Assembly (NCBI GenBank): GCA_964342305.1
Contig: CAYFGK010000006.1
Span: 4,918 to 68,917, forward strand
Origin: an uncultured Saprospiraceae bacterium
GTDB lineage: Bacteria > Bacteroidota > Bacteroidia > Chitinophagales > Saprospiraceae
DNA: 64,000 nt
Direction: 5' to 3'
Shown: positions 18,664 to 31,239 of the stretch, in pieces
Layout of the letters: each line of letters starts with the position of its first letter
Numbering within the stretch: the first letter of the stretch is position 1
Notes under the pieces: model-generated
What the model saw: the letters and a program-made list of their open reading frames with translations, nothing else
Database searches by the model: none
What the model was told of the DNA's origin: nothing
Position numbers and translations under genes: made by a program

Positions 18664-19536
18664 TTAGCCTTTAAGCGCTTTGGCCATGGTGGCTCCAATA
18701 TCCGCGGGTGATTTTACCACGTGGATGCCACATTCTTCCATGATCGCCATTTTGGCGGCAGCCGTATCATCTTTGCCACCGATGATAGCACCAGCGTGCC
18801 CCATGGTACGCCCTTCAGGAGCCGTTTGACCGGCGATGAATCCTACTACTGGCTTGGTGCCATGCTCCTTTACGTAACGTGCCGCTTCGGCTTCCATGCC
18901 ACCACCGATCTCGCCGATCATGATAATGCCCTCGGTGTCCGGATCATTCATCAGCAATTCCACGGCCTCTTTGGTGGTGGTTCCTACGATCGGGTCACCA
19001 CCGATCCCGATACAGGTTGACTGACCAAGGCCGGCCTTGGTCACCTGATCCACGGCTTCGTAAGTAAGCGTACCCGAGCGGGAAACGATGCCTATCTTAC
19101 CGGGATTGTGAATAAACCCGGGCATAATACCGCATTTGGCTTCATCTGGAGTGATCACCCCCGGACAGTTTGGTCCGACCAACCGGCAATCACGGGTAGA
19201 AATGTAATCCTTCACCTTCACCATATCCTGAACCGGAATGCCTTCGGTGATGCAAATAATAACCTTGATACCAGCATCAGCAGCTTCCATAATGGCATCT
19301 GCCGCAAAGGGAGGAGGCACAAAAATAACGGATGTATCGGCTCCTACTTTCTCGACCGCGTCGGCCACGGTATTGAAAACGGGACGATCGAGGTGATCAT
19401 TACCACCTTTACCAGGAGTAACACCACCGACTACGTTGGTGCCGTATTCAATCATCTGGCTGGCGTGAAAAGTACCTTCTTTTCCCGTGAAGCCCTGCAC
19501 AATGATCTTGGAGTCTTTGTTGACAAGAACTGACAT
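18664..19536 (-). CDS. sucD: succinate--CoA ligase subunit alpha
   Basis: 290 aa; [33 protein letters not shown] and GHAGAII motifs. Confidence 0.95.
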   Translation of the reverse strand: MSVLVNKDSKIIVQGFTGKEGTFHASQMIEYGTNVVGGVTPGKGGNDHLDRPVFNTVADAVEKVGADTSVIFVPPPFAADAIMEAADAGIKVIICITEGIPVQDMVKVKDYISTRDCRLVGPNCPGVITPDEAKCGIMPGFIHNPGKIGIVSRSGTLTYEAVDQVTKAGLGQSTCIGIGGDPIVGTTTKEAVELLMNDPDTEGIIMIGEIGGGMEAEAARYVKEHGTKPVVGFIAGQTAPEGRTMGHAGAIIGGKDDTAAAKMAIMEECGIHVVKSPADIGATMAKALKG

Positions 19537-19565
19537 ATTTGCGTTTATTTGTCTGTTAATTTGGT

Positions 19566-19880
19566 CTACTGGTCTTCTTCATCGACAATGATGAACACAT
19601 CCTCGCCCGGCTTTTTCATGAAGTATTTTTCACGGGCGATCTTCTCCTTGTTTACCTCCAGATCGAGGCGTTCGCGCTCGGCGGCTTTGATTTGCTCGGA
19701 GTAGAGTGCTTTTTCTTCCTCCAATTTCTTCACCGTCCGCTGGAGTTTGAACTGGGTCAGTACATCGTGTTTGTCGATAAAGATCATCCAGGCGAAGAAC
19801 AGGGTTAGCACCAGGATGTATTTGTTGCGGAGTGGAGCGGGCACGGCACGGAGCAGATCTTGGAGTGGATTATTCTTCAC
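19566..19880 (-). CDS. septum formation initiator (FtsB/DivIC-like) family protein
   Basis: 104 aa; one N-terminal TM helix followed by a coiled coil; position next to eno is common for this family. Confidence 0.6.
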   Translation of the reverse strand: MKNNPLQDLLRAVPAPLRNKYILVLTLFFAWMIFIDKHDVLTQFKLQRTVKKLEEEKALYSEQIKAAERERLDLEVNKEKIAREKYFMKKPGEDVFIIVDEEDQ

Positions 19881-19994
19881 AGCACTCGGTTTTGCTCCAC
19901 AATTTACACCAATTCCTCCACAACTAAAATTCGCCGGGATATAAGTTTATACCGGGAACAAGACCCACAACGGATTTTGTTCCCGGTTTTCGTG

Positions 19995-21359
<1,365 letters not shown>

Positions 21360-21396
21360 TTACTAAGGCCTGACTTGGTCAGATGTTCAGGAGCGA

Positions 21397-22500
21397 TTAA
21401 TTCTCCATTAATTTTACGAAATCCCGGAACAGATATCGTGAATCGTGCGGTCCGGGACTAGCTTCCGGGTGGTACTGAACCGAGAACGCCGGCTTATCTT
21501 TTAAACGAATACCCTCAATGGTGTTATCGTTCAGGTTGATGTGCGTAATCTCCACCTTATCCATATTATCTTTTATGGCCTCGGGGCTTACGCCAAAACC
21601 GTGATTCTGGCTGGTGATCTCACAGTGGCCATTCAGCAGGTTCTTGACCGGATGATTGATCCCACGGTGACCGTGGTGCATCTTATAGGTTGGGATGTCG
21701 ACGGCACGAGCCAGCAACTGGTGTCCCAGGCAGATACCAAAGAGGGGCTTATCTTCCTGCAGGATCTTCTTGGCCAAATCCACGGCATAATCCATGGCGC
21801 CGGGGTCACCGGGACCGTTAGAGAGAAAGTACCCATCGGGATTGAAGGCTTGAAGTTCTTCCATTTCCGTATGAGCAGGAAAGACTTTCACGAAAATGTC
21901 GCGATCGCGCATGCACTCCAGGATATATTGCTTAATGCCGTAATCCAGAGCTGCTACCCGAAAATCGGCATCTTCGTGCCCAAAGGTATAAGCCTCCTTA
22001 GTGCTCACCTGCGAAGCAAGTTCCAGACCGTCCATAGAAGGAGTTGCCGCCAGGCGTTCCTTGAGTGACTTAATATCGGTAGTCTCCGAAGAGATAATGG
22101 CATTCATAGCTCCCTTGCTGCGAATATGACGTACAATAGCACGCGTATCCACATCGGAAATACCGACCATTTGTTCTCCTTCAAAGTATTCCTGAATAGA
22201 ATGGTCGGCCAATTGCCTGGAATAGGGAACGGTGAAGTTTTTGCAAACCAAACCAGCGATCTTAATGGATTTGGATTCAGACTCGCTGTTTTTTGCCCCG
22301 TAGTTACCGATATGGGCATTCGTCATAACCATGATCTGGCCATAATAAGAAGGATCTGTAAAGATCTCCTGGTAACCGGTCATTCCCGTATTAAAACAGA
22401 TCTCGCCGGTAGTAGTGCCAATCTTGCCTGCTGCCTGGCCGTGAAAGACCGTGCCATCCTCCAGCAGGAGTACGGCGGGTGTCTGGTTTACATCACTCAT
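21397..22500 (-). CDS. carA: carbamoyl-phosphate synthase small (glutamine amidotransferase) subunit
   Basis: 367 aa; GICLGHQLL catalytic Cys box and HGHRG.NHPV motif. Confidence 0.95.
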   Translation of the reverse strand: MSDVNQTPAVLLLEDGTVFHGQAAGKIGTTTGEICFNTGMTGYQEIFTDPSYYGQIMVMTNAHIGNYGAKNSESESKSIKIAGLVCKNFTVPYSRQLADHSIQEYFEGEQMVGISDVDTRAIVRHIRSKGAMNAIISSETTDIKSLKERLAATPSMDGLELASQVSTKEAYTFGHEDADFRVAALDYGIKQYILECMRDRDIFVKVFPAHTEMEELQAFNPDGYFLSNGPGDPGAMDYAVDLAKKILQEDKPLFGICLGHQLLARAVDIPTYKMHHGHRGINHPVKNLLNGHCEITSQNHGFGVSPEAIKDNMDKVEITHINLNDNTIEGIRLKDKPAFSVQYHPEASPGPHDSRYLFRDFVKLMEN

Positions 22501-22603
22501 ATTTGGAAGTGCTTATGTTGGGTCTGAATAAATTGGTGCAAATATAGGACAATCTGTTAAAAATGATCCCGTTTTGAGCAGGAATCCACCTTGGGAGTGG
22601 GGC

Positions 22604-22640
22604 AAAAAAAATCCCGAAGTCTTGTTTCAGACTTCGGGAT
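22604..22640 (-). terminator. Rho-independent terminator after rplQ
   Basis: minus strand reads atcccgaagtctgaaacaagacttcgggat followed by TTTTTTTT; 46 nt past the rplQ stop. Confidence 0.8.
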
Positions 22641-22686
22641 CGTTGATCGAACAGAACACAGACTTGGATCAGTCGTATATCCTGTG

Positions 22687-23187
22687 CTATTCTTCTTCCT
22701 CAGATTGGAGTGTCTGCTTGGTTTGTGTTGCAGCCGTATCGGTGCCGGTAGTGTTACCACCACGGCCACCACGACGACGACGGCGACGCCCGCCACCGGA
22801 ACCGGTGCTTTTTCCACCCTGGTAGACATCGTTAAAGTCTACGAATTCAATCATAGCCATCTCAGCGCCATCACTTTTACGGAATCCCGTGCGAATAACT
22901 CGGGTGTATCCGCCCGGACGGTCAGCAACAGCTTCGGCAATTGTTCCGAATAATTCGGTCACCGCTTCTTTATTGTGCAGGTAAGTGAATACAACCCGGC
23001 GAGAGTGGGTCGTATTAGCCTTCGATTTGGTTACCAGCGGTTCGATGTACTGACGCAGCGCTTTGGCTTTCGCCAAAGTAGTGGTAATGCGTTTGTGTTC
23101 GATCAGCGCTGAAGCCATGTTCCGCATCAATGCTTTGCGGTGGGCTGATTTACGCTTGAGGTGGTTAAATTTTTTACCGTGTCTCAT
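22687..23187 (-). CDS. rplQ: 50S ribosomal protein L17 with Arg/Gly-rich C-terminal extension
   Basis: [20 protein letters not shown]... L17 core; last gene of the alpha operon. Confidence 0.95.
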   Translation of the reverse strand: MRHGKKFNHLKRKSAHRKALMRNMASALIEHKRITTTLAKAKALRQYIEPLVTKSKANTTHSRRVVFTYLHNKEAVTELFGTIAEAVADRPGGYTRVIRTGFRKSDGAEMAMIEFVDFNDVYQGGKSTGSGGGRRRRRRGGRGGNTTGTDTAATQTKQTLQSEEEE

Positions 23188-23347
23188 GACAACAGAAGTT
23201 CATCGCAACACCTTCTACTGACTGCCCCGTGAAGGGGAATAAACAACTGGCGTGTTCAGTCGCAGTTAGTTATTGCCGGGTTTATAAATGGAGCCCGCAT
23301 GGCCAGTAATGCAGGCTCGAAATCGAAAGTCCCCCCGAGGGGACTTC

Positions 23348-24346
23348 TTATTCTTCGTCTAATTTATACTTGGAGAGATCCATCCCGAAGGTAAGACCTT
23401 TGTCCTGCAGTAACTCTTCGATCTCGACCAGTGACTTCTTACCGAAGTTCCGGAACTTGAGAAGTTCGTGTGTATCGTATTGCACGAGTTCTGCCAGTGT
23501 ATTGATCTTAGCTGCCTTCAGGCAGTTATACGCCCGTACCGACAGGTCGAGATCCTCCAGGGAGGTCTTGAGCAGTTTCCGCATGTGCAGGATGTGCTCA
23601 TCCACGATATTATCTTCCCGGCTGGAAGCATCATCAAAGGTGATATTCTCATCAGTGATCAGCATCAGGTGCTGGATCAGGATGCGAGAGGCCTCTTTGA
23701 TAGCTTCTTCGGGGTGAATGGTACCATCGGTCTTTACTTCGATGGTAAGTTTTTCATAGTCGGTTCGTTGTCCAACCCGCGTATTCTCAATGTGGTAAGC
23801 CACATTCTTGATTGGCGTATAGATGGCATCCACCGGAATTACACCAATGGGAGCATCTTTGGGCAGGTTTTCGTCGGCAGGAACGTAACCACGTCCTTTA
23901 GTGACCGTAAGCTCCACCTCCAGATTCACAAAAGGTTCCATGGTGCACAGCAGCAGGTCGGGATTCATGACCTTGAAGATGTTGGTGTGGGCTTCGATAT
24001 CGCCGGCACGGAACTCTTCTTTACCACTAATGGTGAGGTAGATCTTCTCGTTGGTAACTTCCTCGTCGCTAATGACCTGCTTGAGGCGAACCTGTTTCAG
24101 GTTGAGGATGATTTCTACTACGTCTTCCACTACCCCACGGATGGTACCGAACTCGTGTTCAACACCGGCGATCCGAACGGCAGAAATAGCATGGCCTTCC
24201 AAAGAAGAAAGCAATACCCGACGCAATGAGTTACCGACGGTCTGCCCGAAACCAGGCTCCAACGGTTTGAATTCAAAAAGCCCTTCGAAGTCGTTGGCTT
24301 TTTGCATTACGATCTTATCGGGCTTTTGGAAATTTAGAATGCTCAT
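23348..24346 (-). CDS. rpoA: DNA-directed RNA polymerase subunit alpha
   Basis: 332 aa; conserved NTD and CTD (VRAYNCLK...NFGKKSL); operon position. Confidence 0.95.
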   Translation of the reverse strand: MSILNFQKPDKIVMQKANDFEGLFEFKPLEPGFGQTVGNSLRRVLLSSLEGHAISAVRIAGVEHEFGTIRGVVEDVVEIILNLKQVRLKQVISDEEVTNEKIYLTISGKEEFRAGDIEAHTNIFKVMNPDLLLCTMEPFVNLEVELTVTKGRGYVPADENLPKDAPIGVIPVDAIYTPIKNVAYHIENTRVGQRTDYEKLTIEVKTDGTIHPEEAIKEASRILIQHLMLITDENITFDDASSREDNIVDEHILHMRKLLKTSLEDLDLSVRAYNCLKAAKINTLAELVQYDTHELLKFRNFGKKSLVEIEELLQDKGLTFGMDLSKYKLDEE

Positions 24347-24467
24347 ATAGTTGCAATAAGACTTTTAAGAAAAACAGCGTCGACCAAAACAGTCTGTCAG
24401 ATACAAAACAAGGTTTTGGCTGCCACTGACGTGGCTGCCAAAACCGAATAAACAACGTACCAGCTAA

Positions 24468-25079
24468 TTATTTCGAGTACAACTCGACGATCAGCTGCTC
24501 GTTGATCTTTTCCGGAATCGCATCGCGCTCCGGCATCTCGAGGAAAACGCCTTCTTTCTTATCTGCGTTGAACTCGAGCCATTGGTATTTACGAACATCG
24601 GATTTGCTACCGATGCTATCGTTAATCACTTCCATTCCCTGTGATTTGCCGCGAACACCGACAACATCACCGGCACGCAACTGGCAGGAAGGAATGTTGG
24701 TTACAATTCCATTCACCGTAATGTGACGGTGGGTTACCAGCTGACGGGCTGCGCGGCGGGTAGGTGCGATGCCCATACGGAAAACCACGTTATCCAGACG
24801 TGCTTCCAGCATTTGCAACAGGATCTCACCCGTAACGCCTGACTTGCGGTTGGCTGCTTCGAAGAGGTTGCGGAACTGACGCTCAAGCACCCCGTAAGTA
24901 TACTTTGCTTTTTGCTTTTCCTGCAACTGAAGCGCATAATCCGACTTCTGGCGACGACGACGGGTATTTCCGTGTTGCCCCGGAGGGTATTTACGCTTTT
25001 CGAAGGACTTATCGTATCCGTAGATCGATTCTCCGAACGATCTCGATTTTTTTGTCTTTGGACCTGTATATCTCGCCAT
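24468..25079 (-). CDS. rpsD: 30S ribosomal protein S4
   Basis: [13 protein letters not shown]... 203 aa; operon order. Confidence 0.95.
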   Translation of the reverse strand: MARYTGPKTKKSRSFGESIYGYDKSFEKRKYPPGQHGNTRRRRQKSDYALQLQEKQKAKYTYGVLERQFRNLFEAANRKSGVTGEILLQMLEARLDNVVFRMGIAPTRRAARQLVTHRHITVNGIVTNIPSCQLRAGDVVGVRGKSQGMEVINDSIGSKSDVRKYQWLEFNADKKEGVFLEMPERDAIPEKINEQLIVELYSK

Positions 25080-25102
25080 TACTTACCTTTGTTTTCTGAT
25101 GA

Positions 25103-25489
25103 TTATACGCGACGGCGCTTAGGTGGACGGCAGCCGTTGTGCGGAATCGGGGTCACGTCTTTGATCTTCGTGATCTTGATACCGGATGAATCCAGAGCGC
25201 GGATAGCCGCCTCCCGACCGGAACCAGGACCTTTCACAAACACCTCAGCGGTGCGCAGACCAGCATCGTATGCAACCTTGGCGGCATCACCGGCAGCTAC
25301 CTGAGCTGCGTAAGGTGTGTTTTTCTTTGACCCACGGAAACCAGCTTTACCAGCCGAACCCCAGGAAATAACCATACCCTGCTTATTAGTCAGGGTAACA
25401 ATGATATTGTTGAAGGTGGCCTGTACGTAAGCGTATCCCTCAGGATCCACCTTGACATTTCTTTTTTTGACTTTTTTTCCCTTAGCCAT
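25103..25489 (-). CDS. rpsK: 30S ribosomal protein S11
   Basis: 128 aa; [11 protein letters not shown].. and C-terminal [13 protein letters not shown]. Confidence 0.95.
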   Translation of the reverse strand: MAKGKKVKKRNVKVDPEGYAYVQATFNNIIVTLTNKQGMVISWGSAGKAGFRGSKKNTPYAAQVAAGDAAKVAYDAGLRTAEVFVKGPGSGREAAIRALDSSGIKITKIKDVTPIPHNGCRPPKRRRV

Positions 25490-25544
25490 ACTACTTTTAT
25501 TGACGTATGAAGTGCATTGGAATAATTGGCGGCAGCAGCCTCAA

Positions 25545-25922
25545 TTATTTCGTAGCCTTCTTCTTGTTCGCAACTGTTTTCTTTCTACCCTTACGCGTAC
25601 GGGCGTTGGTCTGCGTACGCTGTCCGCGCAGAGGCAAGCCTTTACGGTGACGAACACCGCGGTAACAACCAATATCCATCAAACGCTTGATGTTGGTCTG
25701 TACCTCTGTTCGCAATTCACCTTCAACCGTGTATTCATTCGTCAGGATATTGGAGATCTCACGAATGTTGTCATCCGTCCAATCCTGGACTTTAGTACTC
25801 TCATCAATCTCGGCTTTCGCCAAAATCTGTTGTGCGCGGGAAGGGCCGATGCCGTAAATATAGGTCAGGCTAACGACGCCACGCTTATTCCTAGGTAAAT
25901 CTACACCTGCTATACGAGCCAT
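25545..25922 (-). CDS. rpsM: 30S ribosomal protein S13
   Basis: [14 protein letters not shown]... 125 aa. Confidence 0.95.
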   Translation of the reverse strand: MARIAGVDLPRNKRGVVSLTYIYGIGPSRAQQILAKAEIDESTKVQDWTDDNIREISNILTNEYTVEGELRTEVQTNIKRLMDIGCYRGVRHRKGLPLRGQRTQTNARTRKGRKKTVANKKKATK

Positions 25923-25963
25923 AGAAAATGCTAATTTTTGTGGTTATAGACCGCTTCGCGATC

Positions 25964-26080
25964 TTAGCCCTGACGCTGCTTCAGCTTCGGGTTCTTTTTA
26001 TTAATGATGTAAATCTTTCCTTTGCGACGAACGATCTTGCAATCCACAGAACGTTTCTTCACGGATGCTCTGACTTTCAT
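25964..26080 (-). CDS. rpmJ: 50S ribosomal protein L36
   Basis: hand-translated 38-aa [41 protein letters not shown], below the ORF-track cutoff; lies between infA and rpsM as expected. Confidence 0.9.
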   Translation of the reverse strand: MKVRASVKKRSVDCKIVRRKGKIYIINKKNPKLKQRQG

Positions 26081-26208
26081 TATGTTTCCGTTTGCGGGAC
26101 GGGCCATCCAACTGATCTTGGAGCGGGCTACACGTTCCCAAATTCAACAAAATATGAGCCGGCACCCAGTCGGAGCCAGCGAAACATCCCGGTGGGATGC
26201 GCAAATGC

Positions 26209-26427
26209 TTATTTGTAACGATACGTGATTCGACCCCGCGATAAATCGTAGGGTGACATCTCAACTGCTACCTTATCACCAGGCAGAATCCGGATGTAAT
26301 TCATCCGCATCTTACCGGAAATAGTAGCAACAATTTCGTGATCATTTTCCAGACGTACCCGGAACATAGCATTCGACAATGCTTCCTCAATGATACCGTC
26401 CTGTTTGATCAGATTTTTCTTCGACAT
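26209..26427 (-). CDS. infA: translation initiation factor IF-1
   Basis: 72 aa; ...[33 protein letters not shown]... Confidence 0.95.
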   Translation of the reverse strand: MSKKNLIKQDGIIEEALSNAMFRVRLENDHEIVATISGKMRMNYIRILPGDKVAVEMSPYDLSRGRITYRYK

Positions 26428-26503
26428 AACTCAATTTTCGGAGTGCAAAGATAGATAAAATTATAGACAAATGCCTAACTGAAACCCGAAAAACTATTGC
26501 CAC

Positions 26504-27325
26504 CTAGGCATTTACCGTCTTCAAGGCTACCTCCCGGACATTCGGGTTATTCCGGATGGCCGCTTCAATGAGGCTGTGATCCGAAAGGATATCGGCTTTA
26601 TCCTTTTGAACAGCTACGGTGTGCTCGTAGTGAGCTGAAGGTTTCAGATCCTTGGCGCGAACGGTCCAGCCATCTTTCGATGTGCGAACCTCTTTACGTC
26701 CAAGATTAACCATCGGCTCGATGGCAATTGTCAGGCCGTCCTTAAGCAGGGTACCACGCCCCCGCTTGCCAAAGTTGGGCACCTGTGGATCTTCGTGCAA
26801 TTCGCGGCCGATACCGTGTCCGACCAGATCGCGTACAACCCCGTAGCCGTGCTCACGTTCCACGTAGTGCTGAATAGCATGGCCGATATCACCCAGCCGG
26901 TTGCCGGCAACTGCCTGCTCGATACCCAGATACAAGGACGTATTAGTGACCCGGCACAGTTCCATCACGTCTTCCGAAACCTCTCCCAAGGGAAACGTAA
27001 AGGCACTGTCGCCAAAAAAACCATTCATGAACACACCACAATCAACGGAAACTATATCGCCATCCTCAAAGACCTGGTCGGCTGTGGGTATACCGTGTAC
27101 CACGTGTTCGTTAACCGAAACACAAAGCGTAGCCGGAAAACCGTAGAGTCCCTTGAAACCGGGCTTAGCGCCGTGGTCAAGAATGACCTGCTCGGCGGCC
27201 TCGTCAATCTCTTTACCCGAAATACCGGGACGGATCAGTCGTCCTACTTCAGCCAGGGCCTGGCAAACCAACAGGCAGCTTTGGCGGATGTATTCAATCT
27301 CTTCTTCCGTCTTGTAATAAATCAT
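26504..27325 (-). CDS. map: type I methionyl aminopeptidase
   Basis: 273 aa; metal-binding blocks VHGIP, DIVSVD, GHGIG. Confidence 0.9.
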   Translation of the reverse strand: MIYYKTEEEIEYIRQSCLLVCQALAEVGRLIRPGISGKEIDEAAEQVILDHGAKPGFKGLYGFPATLCVSVNEHVVHGIPTADQVFEDGDIVSVDCGVFMNGFFGDSAFTFPLGEVSEDVMELCRVTNTSLYLGIEQAVAGNRLGDIGHAIQHYVEREHGYGVVRDLVGHGIGRELHEDPQVPNFGKRGRGTLLKDGLTIAIEPMVNLGRKEVRTSKDGWTVRAKDLKPSAHYEHTVAVQKDKADILSDHSLIEAAIRNNPNVREVALKTVNA

Positions 27326-27504
27326 TGTGTGCCTCTTTTATCATATCCAACAACCGGTTCCTTCAACAGGTTGTATGTACTCCGTTACACGCAATATGAG
27401 ACCTCAGCAACCGATGTGCTGACGTCTCATATGTGCGTAGGCCCTGAAGGGCGTATCATTCCCGGACCGGAATTGTATCCGGATCCGTTCGTATTTCAGT
27501 ATTT

Positions 27505-28869
27505 CTACATATTGGCACCGATGCCCTGTACCCGGCTACGACCTTGCAGGCGTCCCGATTTTACCAGACCATCGTAGCGACGCATCAACAGGTGGCTCTC
27601 AATCTGCTGCAGCGTATCGAGTACCACTGCCACCAGGATCAACAGCGAAGTTCCGCCGAAGAACATGGCAAACACACGGTTCACACCGAAAGCTACGGCA
27701 AAGGCCGGCAGAATAGCGATCAATCCGAGAAAAACAGAACCCGGAAGGGTGATCCGGCTGGTAACGGCATCGATAAAGTCAGCCGTTGGCTTACCGGGTT
27801 TTACCCCGGGAATAAAGGCATTCTGACGTTTCAGGTAATCAGCGTAATTCTGCGGGTTTACCAGCAGAGCGGTATACACGTAGGTAAAGATTACCACCAG
27901 CAGGAAGTAGATCGCATTGTACGGTGCGGTGAACGGGTCGTTCAGTGCACGCAAGATCGGACTGGCAGCAACTGCGCCATCCTGGGTTACGAATTGAGCT
28001 ACCGTTGCCGGCAAAAACATCAGAGCCTGCGCAAAGATGATCGGCATTACCCCGGAAGCATTAACCTTCAGAGGAATGTAGTCGCGCACACCAGCCTGTG
28101 GAAGACTGCTGCTGCCGCGTCCGACCATACGCTTGGCAAACTGAATGGGAATCCGGCGAACACCCTGTACGATCAGCACCGTAGCCATTACAATAGCGAA
28201 CAGCATGGCCATTTCCAGAACGAATACCAGCAGGCGACCGTTACCGATCTGAGACTGGAATTCGAAGGCTAAAGCTTGTGGTAAGGTTGCGATGATACCA
28301 ACGGTGATCAACAAAGACACACCGTTTCCGATTCCCCGGTCCGTAATCCGCTCACCCAGCCACATGGCGAAAACAGTACCCGCCGAAAGGATGATGATAT
28401 TGGAAAACCAGAAAATACCCTGAGGAATAGACGGATCAACAGCACCCATGGTATTAACGTACGTCAGGTAACCACCACCCTGTACCAGGGTAATTGCCAC
28501 GGTCAACAAACGAGTGATCTGTCCGATCTTCTTTCGGCCCGACTCCCCTTCTTTCTGTTGAAGACGTTGGAAGTAAGGTACCGCAAAACCCAAGAGCTGG
28601 ATGATGATCGAAGCTGTAATGTAGGGCATAATACCCAGGGCAAATACAGCTGCGTTCGAGAAGGCACCACCAGTAAATGCATTGATCAGGCTGAGCAGAT
28701 CATTAGAACTGTTGGCCGCTTGCTGTTTGAGAACAGAAGGAATAACGCCAGGAAGTACCACATAGCTACCAAAACGGTAGACTAGCAGGATACCCAGAGT
28801 AAAAATGATCCGATTGCGCAGCTCTTTAATACTCCAAATGTTCTGCAACGTAGTGATGAACTTCTTCAT
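27505..28869 (-). CDS. secY: preprotein translocase subunit SecY
   Basis: 454 aa, 10 TM; GIMPYITASII and operon position after rplO. Confidence 0.95.
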   Translation of the reverse strand: MKKFITTLQNIWSIKELRNRIIFTLGILLVYRFGSYVVLPGVIPSVLKQQAANSSNDLLSLINAFTGGAFSNAAVFALGIMPYITASIIIQLLGFAVPYFQRLQQKEGESGRKKIGQITRLLTVAITLVQGGGYLTYVNTMGAVDPSIPQGIFWFSNIIILSAGTVFAMWLGERITDRGIGNGVSLLITVGIIATLPQALAFEFQSQIGNGRLLVFVLEMAMLFAIVMATVLIVQGVRRIPIQFAKRMVGRGSSSLPQAGVRDYIPLKVNASGVMPIIFAQALMFLPATVAQFVTQDGAVAASPILRALNDPFTAPYNAIYFLLVVIFTYVYTALLVNPQNYADYLKRQNAFIPGVKPGKPTADFIDAVTSRITLPGSVFLGLIAILPAFAVAFGVNRVFAMFFGGTSLLILVAVVLDTLQQIESHLLMRRYDGLVKSGRLQGRSRVQGIGANM

Positions 28870-28878
28870 AGTTCGAGT

Positions 28879-29325
28879 TTATACGAGATTAACACTTCCG
28901 CCTGCTTTCTCTACAGCCTCCTTGGCACTGGCAGAAACGGCATTTACAGTCAAATCGACTTTGGTGGTCAGTTCACCACGGCCCAGAACTTTTACCGTTT
29001 GGTTCCGACGAATCAAACCGTGTTCGCGAAGGGCTTCCAGGTCGATTTTATTCAGTTTGTATTTATCAGCAATCGCTTGGATCTGTTCCAGGTTTAGTGG
29101 AACGTGCTTAACGCGATTGGGGTTTTTGAACCCTACTTTAGGCAAACGCATCTGCAGGGGCATCTGACCACCTTCAAAGTTGCGTTTGATCTTATAGCCC
29201 GAGCGTGATTTTGCTCCCTTGTGTCCACGGGTAGCAGTACCACCGTGACCAGAACCCTGGCCACGCGCGATGCGTTTTTTACCTTTAGTGGAGCCCGCAG
29301 CAGGCTTGAGGTTATGCAATTTCAT
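28879..29325 (-). CDS. rplO: 50S ribosomal protein L15
   Basis: MKLHNLKPAAGSTKGKKRIARGQGSGHG... Confidence 0.95.
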   Translation of the reverse strand: MKLHNLKPAAGSTKGKKRIARGQGSGHGGTATRGHKGAKSRSGYKIKRNFEGGQMPLQMRLPKVGFKNPNRVKHVPLNLEQIQAIADKYKLNKIDLEALREHGLIRRNQTVKVLGRGELTTKVDLTVNAVSASAKEAVEKAGGSVNLV

Positions 29326-29410
29326 GATCGCAATTTTTTAAAATGCTGGAACGATAAAGATACTATAATCCCGCTACGATTCGGGAAAGCACCTCAGTTT
29401 TTAACAAAGC

Positions 29411-29590
29411 TTACGCTTCCTCTACTTCTACCAGGTGACTCACCTTATTGAGCATTCCCTGGATTTGGGGAGTTACCTCCTTCACAACCGATTGGTTGGG
29501 TTTGCTCAGGCCCAGCGCTTTAAGGGTATCCTTTTGCTTCCTGGGACGGTCGATGATGCTTTTCACCTGCGTAATTTTCACCTTGGCCAT
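29411..29590 (-). CDS. rpmD: 50S ribosomal protein L30
   Basis: hand-translated 59-aa [62 protein letters not shown], below the ORF-track cutoff; lies between rpsE and rplO. Confidence 0.9.
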   Translation of the reverse strand: MAKVKITQVKSIIDRPRKQKDTLKALGLSKPNQSVVKEVTPQIQGMLNKVSHLVEVEEA

Positions 29591-29635
29591 CGTATATCGT
29601 TTATATGTAGCCGGGAACCGGTAGGGGTCCCTGGA

Positions 29636-30154
29636 TTAGCCGTTAAACAATTTTTCTACAGAGATATTGCGGGTTTTGGCAACAGCCGCCGGGTCGCGCA
29701 ACAACGACAACGCTTTGATGGTCGCTTTGACCACGTTGTGCGGGTTGGGAGATCCCTGTGATTTTGCCAATACATTGTGTACGCCGGCACTTTCCAGAAC
29801 GGCACGCATCGCACCACCGGCAATTACTCCCGTACCATCACTGGCCGGTTTGATAAGCACTTTACCAGCTTTGTATTTCCCTTTGATCTCGTGGGGAATA
29901 GTCCCTTTATAGATCGGTACCTGGATCAGGTTCTTCTTGGCGTCATCCACTGCTTTGGAAATCGCTTCGGATACGTCGCGGGCCTTACCCAGACCATGAC
30001 CAACGGTTCCGTTACCATCGCCCACAACCACGATAGCCGCGAAGCTGAACGTACGACCACCCTTGGTTACCTTGGCAACCCGGTTAAGCTGTACCAGCTT
30101 TTCCTTCAGTTCCGTTTCGGTTGGTTTAACTCGATTGGAGTTTCTCTTAGCCAT
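29636..30154 (-). CDS. rpsE: 30S ribosomal protein S5
   Basis: 172 aa; [24 protein letters not shown]... Confidence 0.95.
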   Translation of the reverse strand: MAKRNSNRVKPTETELKEKLVQLNRVAKVTKGGRTFSFAAIVVVGDGNGTVGHGLGKARDVSEAISKAVDDAKKNLIQVPIYKGTIPHEIKGKYKAGKVLIKPASDGTGVIAGGAMRAVLESAGVHNVLAKSQGSPNPHNVVKATIKALSLLRDPAAVAKTRNISVEKLFNG

Positions 30155-30173
30155 TATTCTATCGGGTTATGAT

Positions 30174-30527
30174 TTAGAAATTGAGACCACCTTCGCGGGC
30201 TCCTTCGGCGAAGGATTTCACACGGCCATGATACAAATAGCCACCCCGGTCGAATATGATCGCTTCAATATTTTCTGCTTTTGCCCGCTGGGCCAGCAGT
30301 TTTCCAGCCTCCTTAGACTGATCAGATTTATTTCCGTCGTTCGTTACTTCAGTCTCCAGAGAAGAAGCCGAAGCCAACGTTCGACCGGAAATGTCGTCGA
30401 TCAGCTGGCCGTAGATATATTTATTACTACGGTAGATGTTCAGGCGCGGCTTTTCGGCCGTACCTCTGATCTTTTGCCGCACGCGGGAATGAATCTTTTT
30501 CCGGCGTCTTGCTTTTGAAAATTGCAT
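30174..30527 (-). CDS. rplR: 50S ribosomal protein L18
   Basis: 117 aa; [19 protein letters not shown]... [13 protein letters not shown]. Confidence 0.95.
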   Translation of the reverse strand: MQFSKARRRKKIHSRVRQKIRGTAEKPRLNIYRSNKYIYGQLIDDISGRTLASASSLETEVTNDGNKSDQSKEAGKLLAQRAKAENIEAIIFDRGGYLYHGRVKSFAEGAREGGLNF

Positions 30528-30656
30528 GATGCTTTAATTTTTGGCCTTAGTGAAGGAAACTGTTTCATCCTTCCCAAAACCCTTTAATGTATAGCAAAAC
30601 CTGCCCAAGTACTTACCCCGCATAATATCGAAGCAGTTTAAAAGGGCATTATTCAA

Positions 30657-31211
30657 TTACTTGGCAGCAGATTTACCCTCTTTGCGGCGGATTTGTTCGC
30701 CAACAAAACGGATACCCTTGCCCTTGTACGGTTCTGGTGCCCGCAGCGAACGGATCTTCGCGGCAACCTGCCCGATAAGCTGTTTGTCGTTCGACTCTAA
30801 TCGAACCACCGGCGCCTTACCTTTTTCCGTTTTGGTTTCAACCTTCACTTCGTCGGGCAGCATGAAAAAGATGGGGTGCGAGTAGCCAATGGTCAACTCG
30901 AGCATTTGTCCGGTGTTAGCGGCCCGGAAACCCACACCTACCAGCTCCAGCTCTTTGACGTATCCTTCGGAAACGCCATCGACCAGATTCTGAATCAATG
31001 ACCGGTACAAACCGTGCATAGCACGGTGGCGTTTTTGTTCCGTCGGGCGCTCGATTACCAGTTCACCATCTTCCGTTTTGATGATCAGATCGGGATCGAT
31101 CTGTTGACTGAGTTCTCCTTTCGGTCCTTTAACCGTAACGAGGTTGCCTTTGCTGACATTTACGTCCACTCCTTTAGGCAATGTGATCGGAGCTTTTCCT
31201 ATCCTAGACAT
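30657..31211 (-). CDS. rplF: 50S ribosomal protein L6
   Basis: MSRIGKAPITLPKGVDV... 184 aa. Confidence 0.95.
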   Translation of the reverse strand: MSRIGKAPITLPKGVDVNVSKGNLVTVKGPKGELSQQIDPDLIIKTEDGELVIERPTEQKRHRAMHGLYRSLIQNLVDGVSEGYVKELELVGVGFRAANTGQMLELTIGYSHPIFFMLPDEVKVETKTEKGKAPVVRLESNDKQLIGQVAAKIRSLRAPEPYKGKGIRFVGEQIRRKEGKSAAK

Positions 31212-31239
31212 TATTCTGCGGTTTGGAGATGGTTAACAA

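Noticed and set aside
22720-22830. GC-rich near-triplet repeat (ccacgacgacgacggcgacgcc) as a possible non-coding repeat element
   Set aside because: It lies inside rplQ and is read in frame as the [11 protein letters not shown] tail. It is reported as a protein feature instead.
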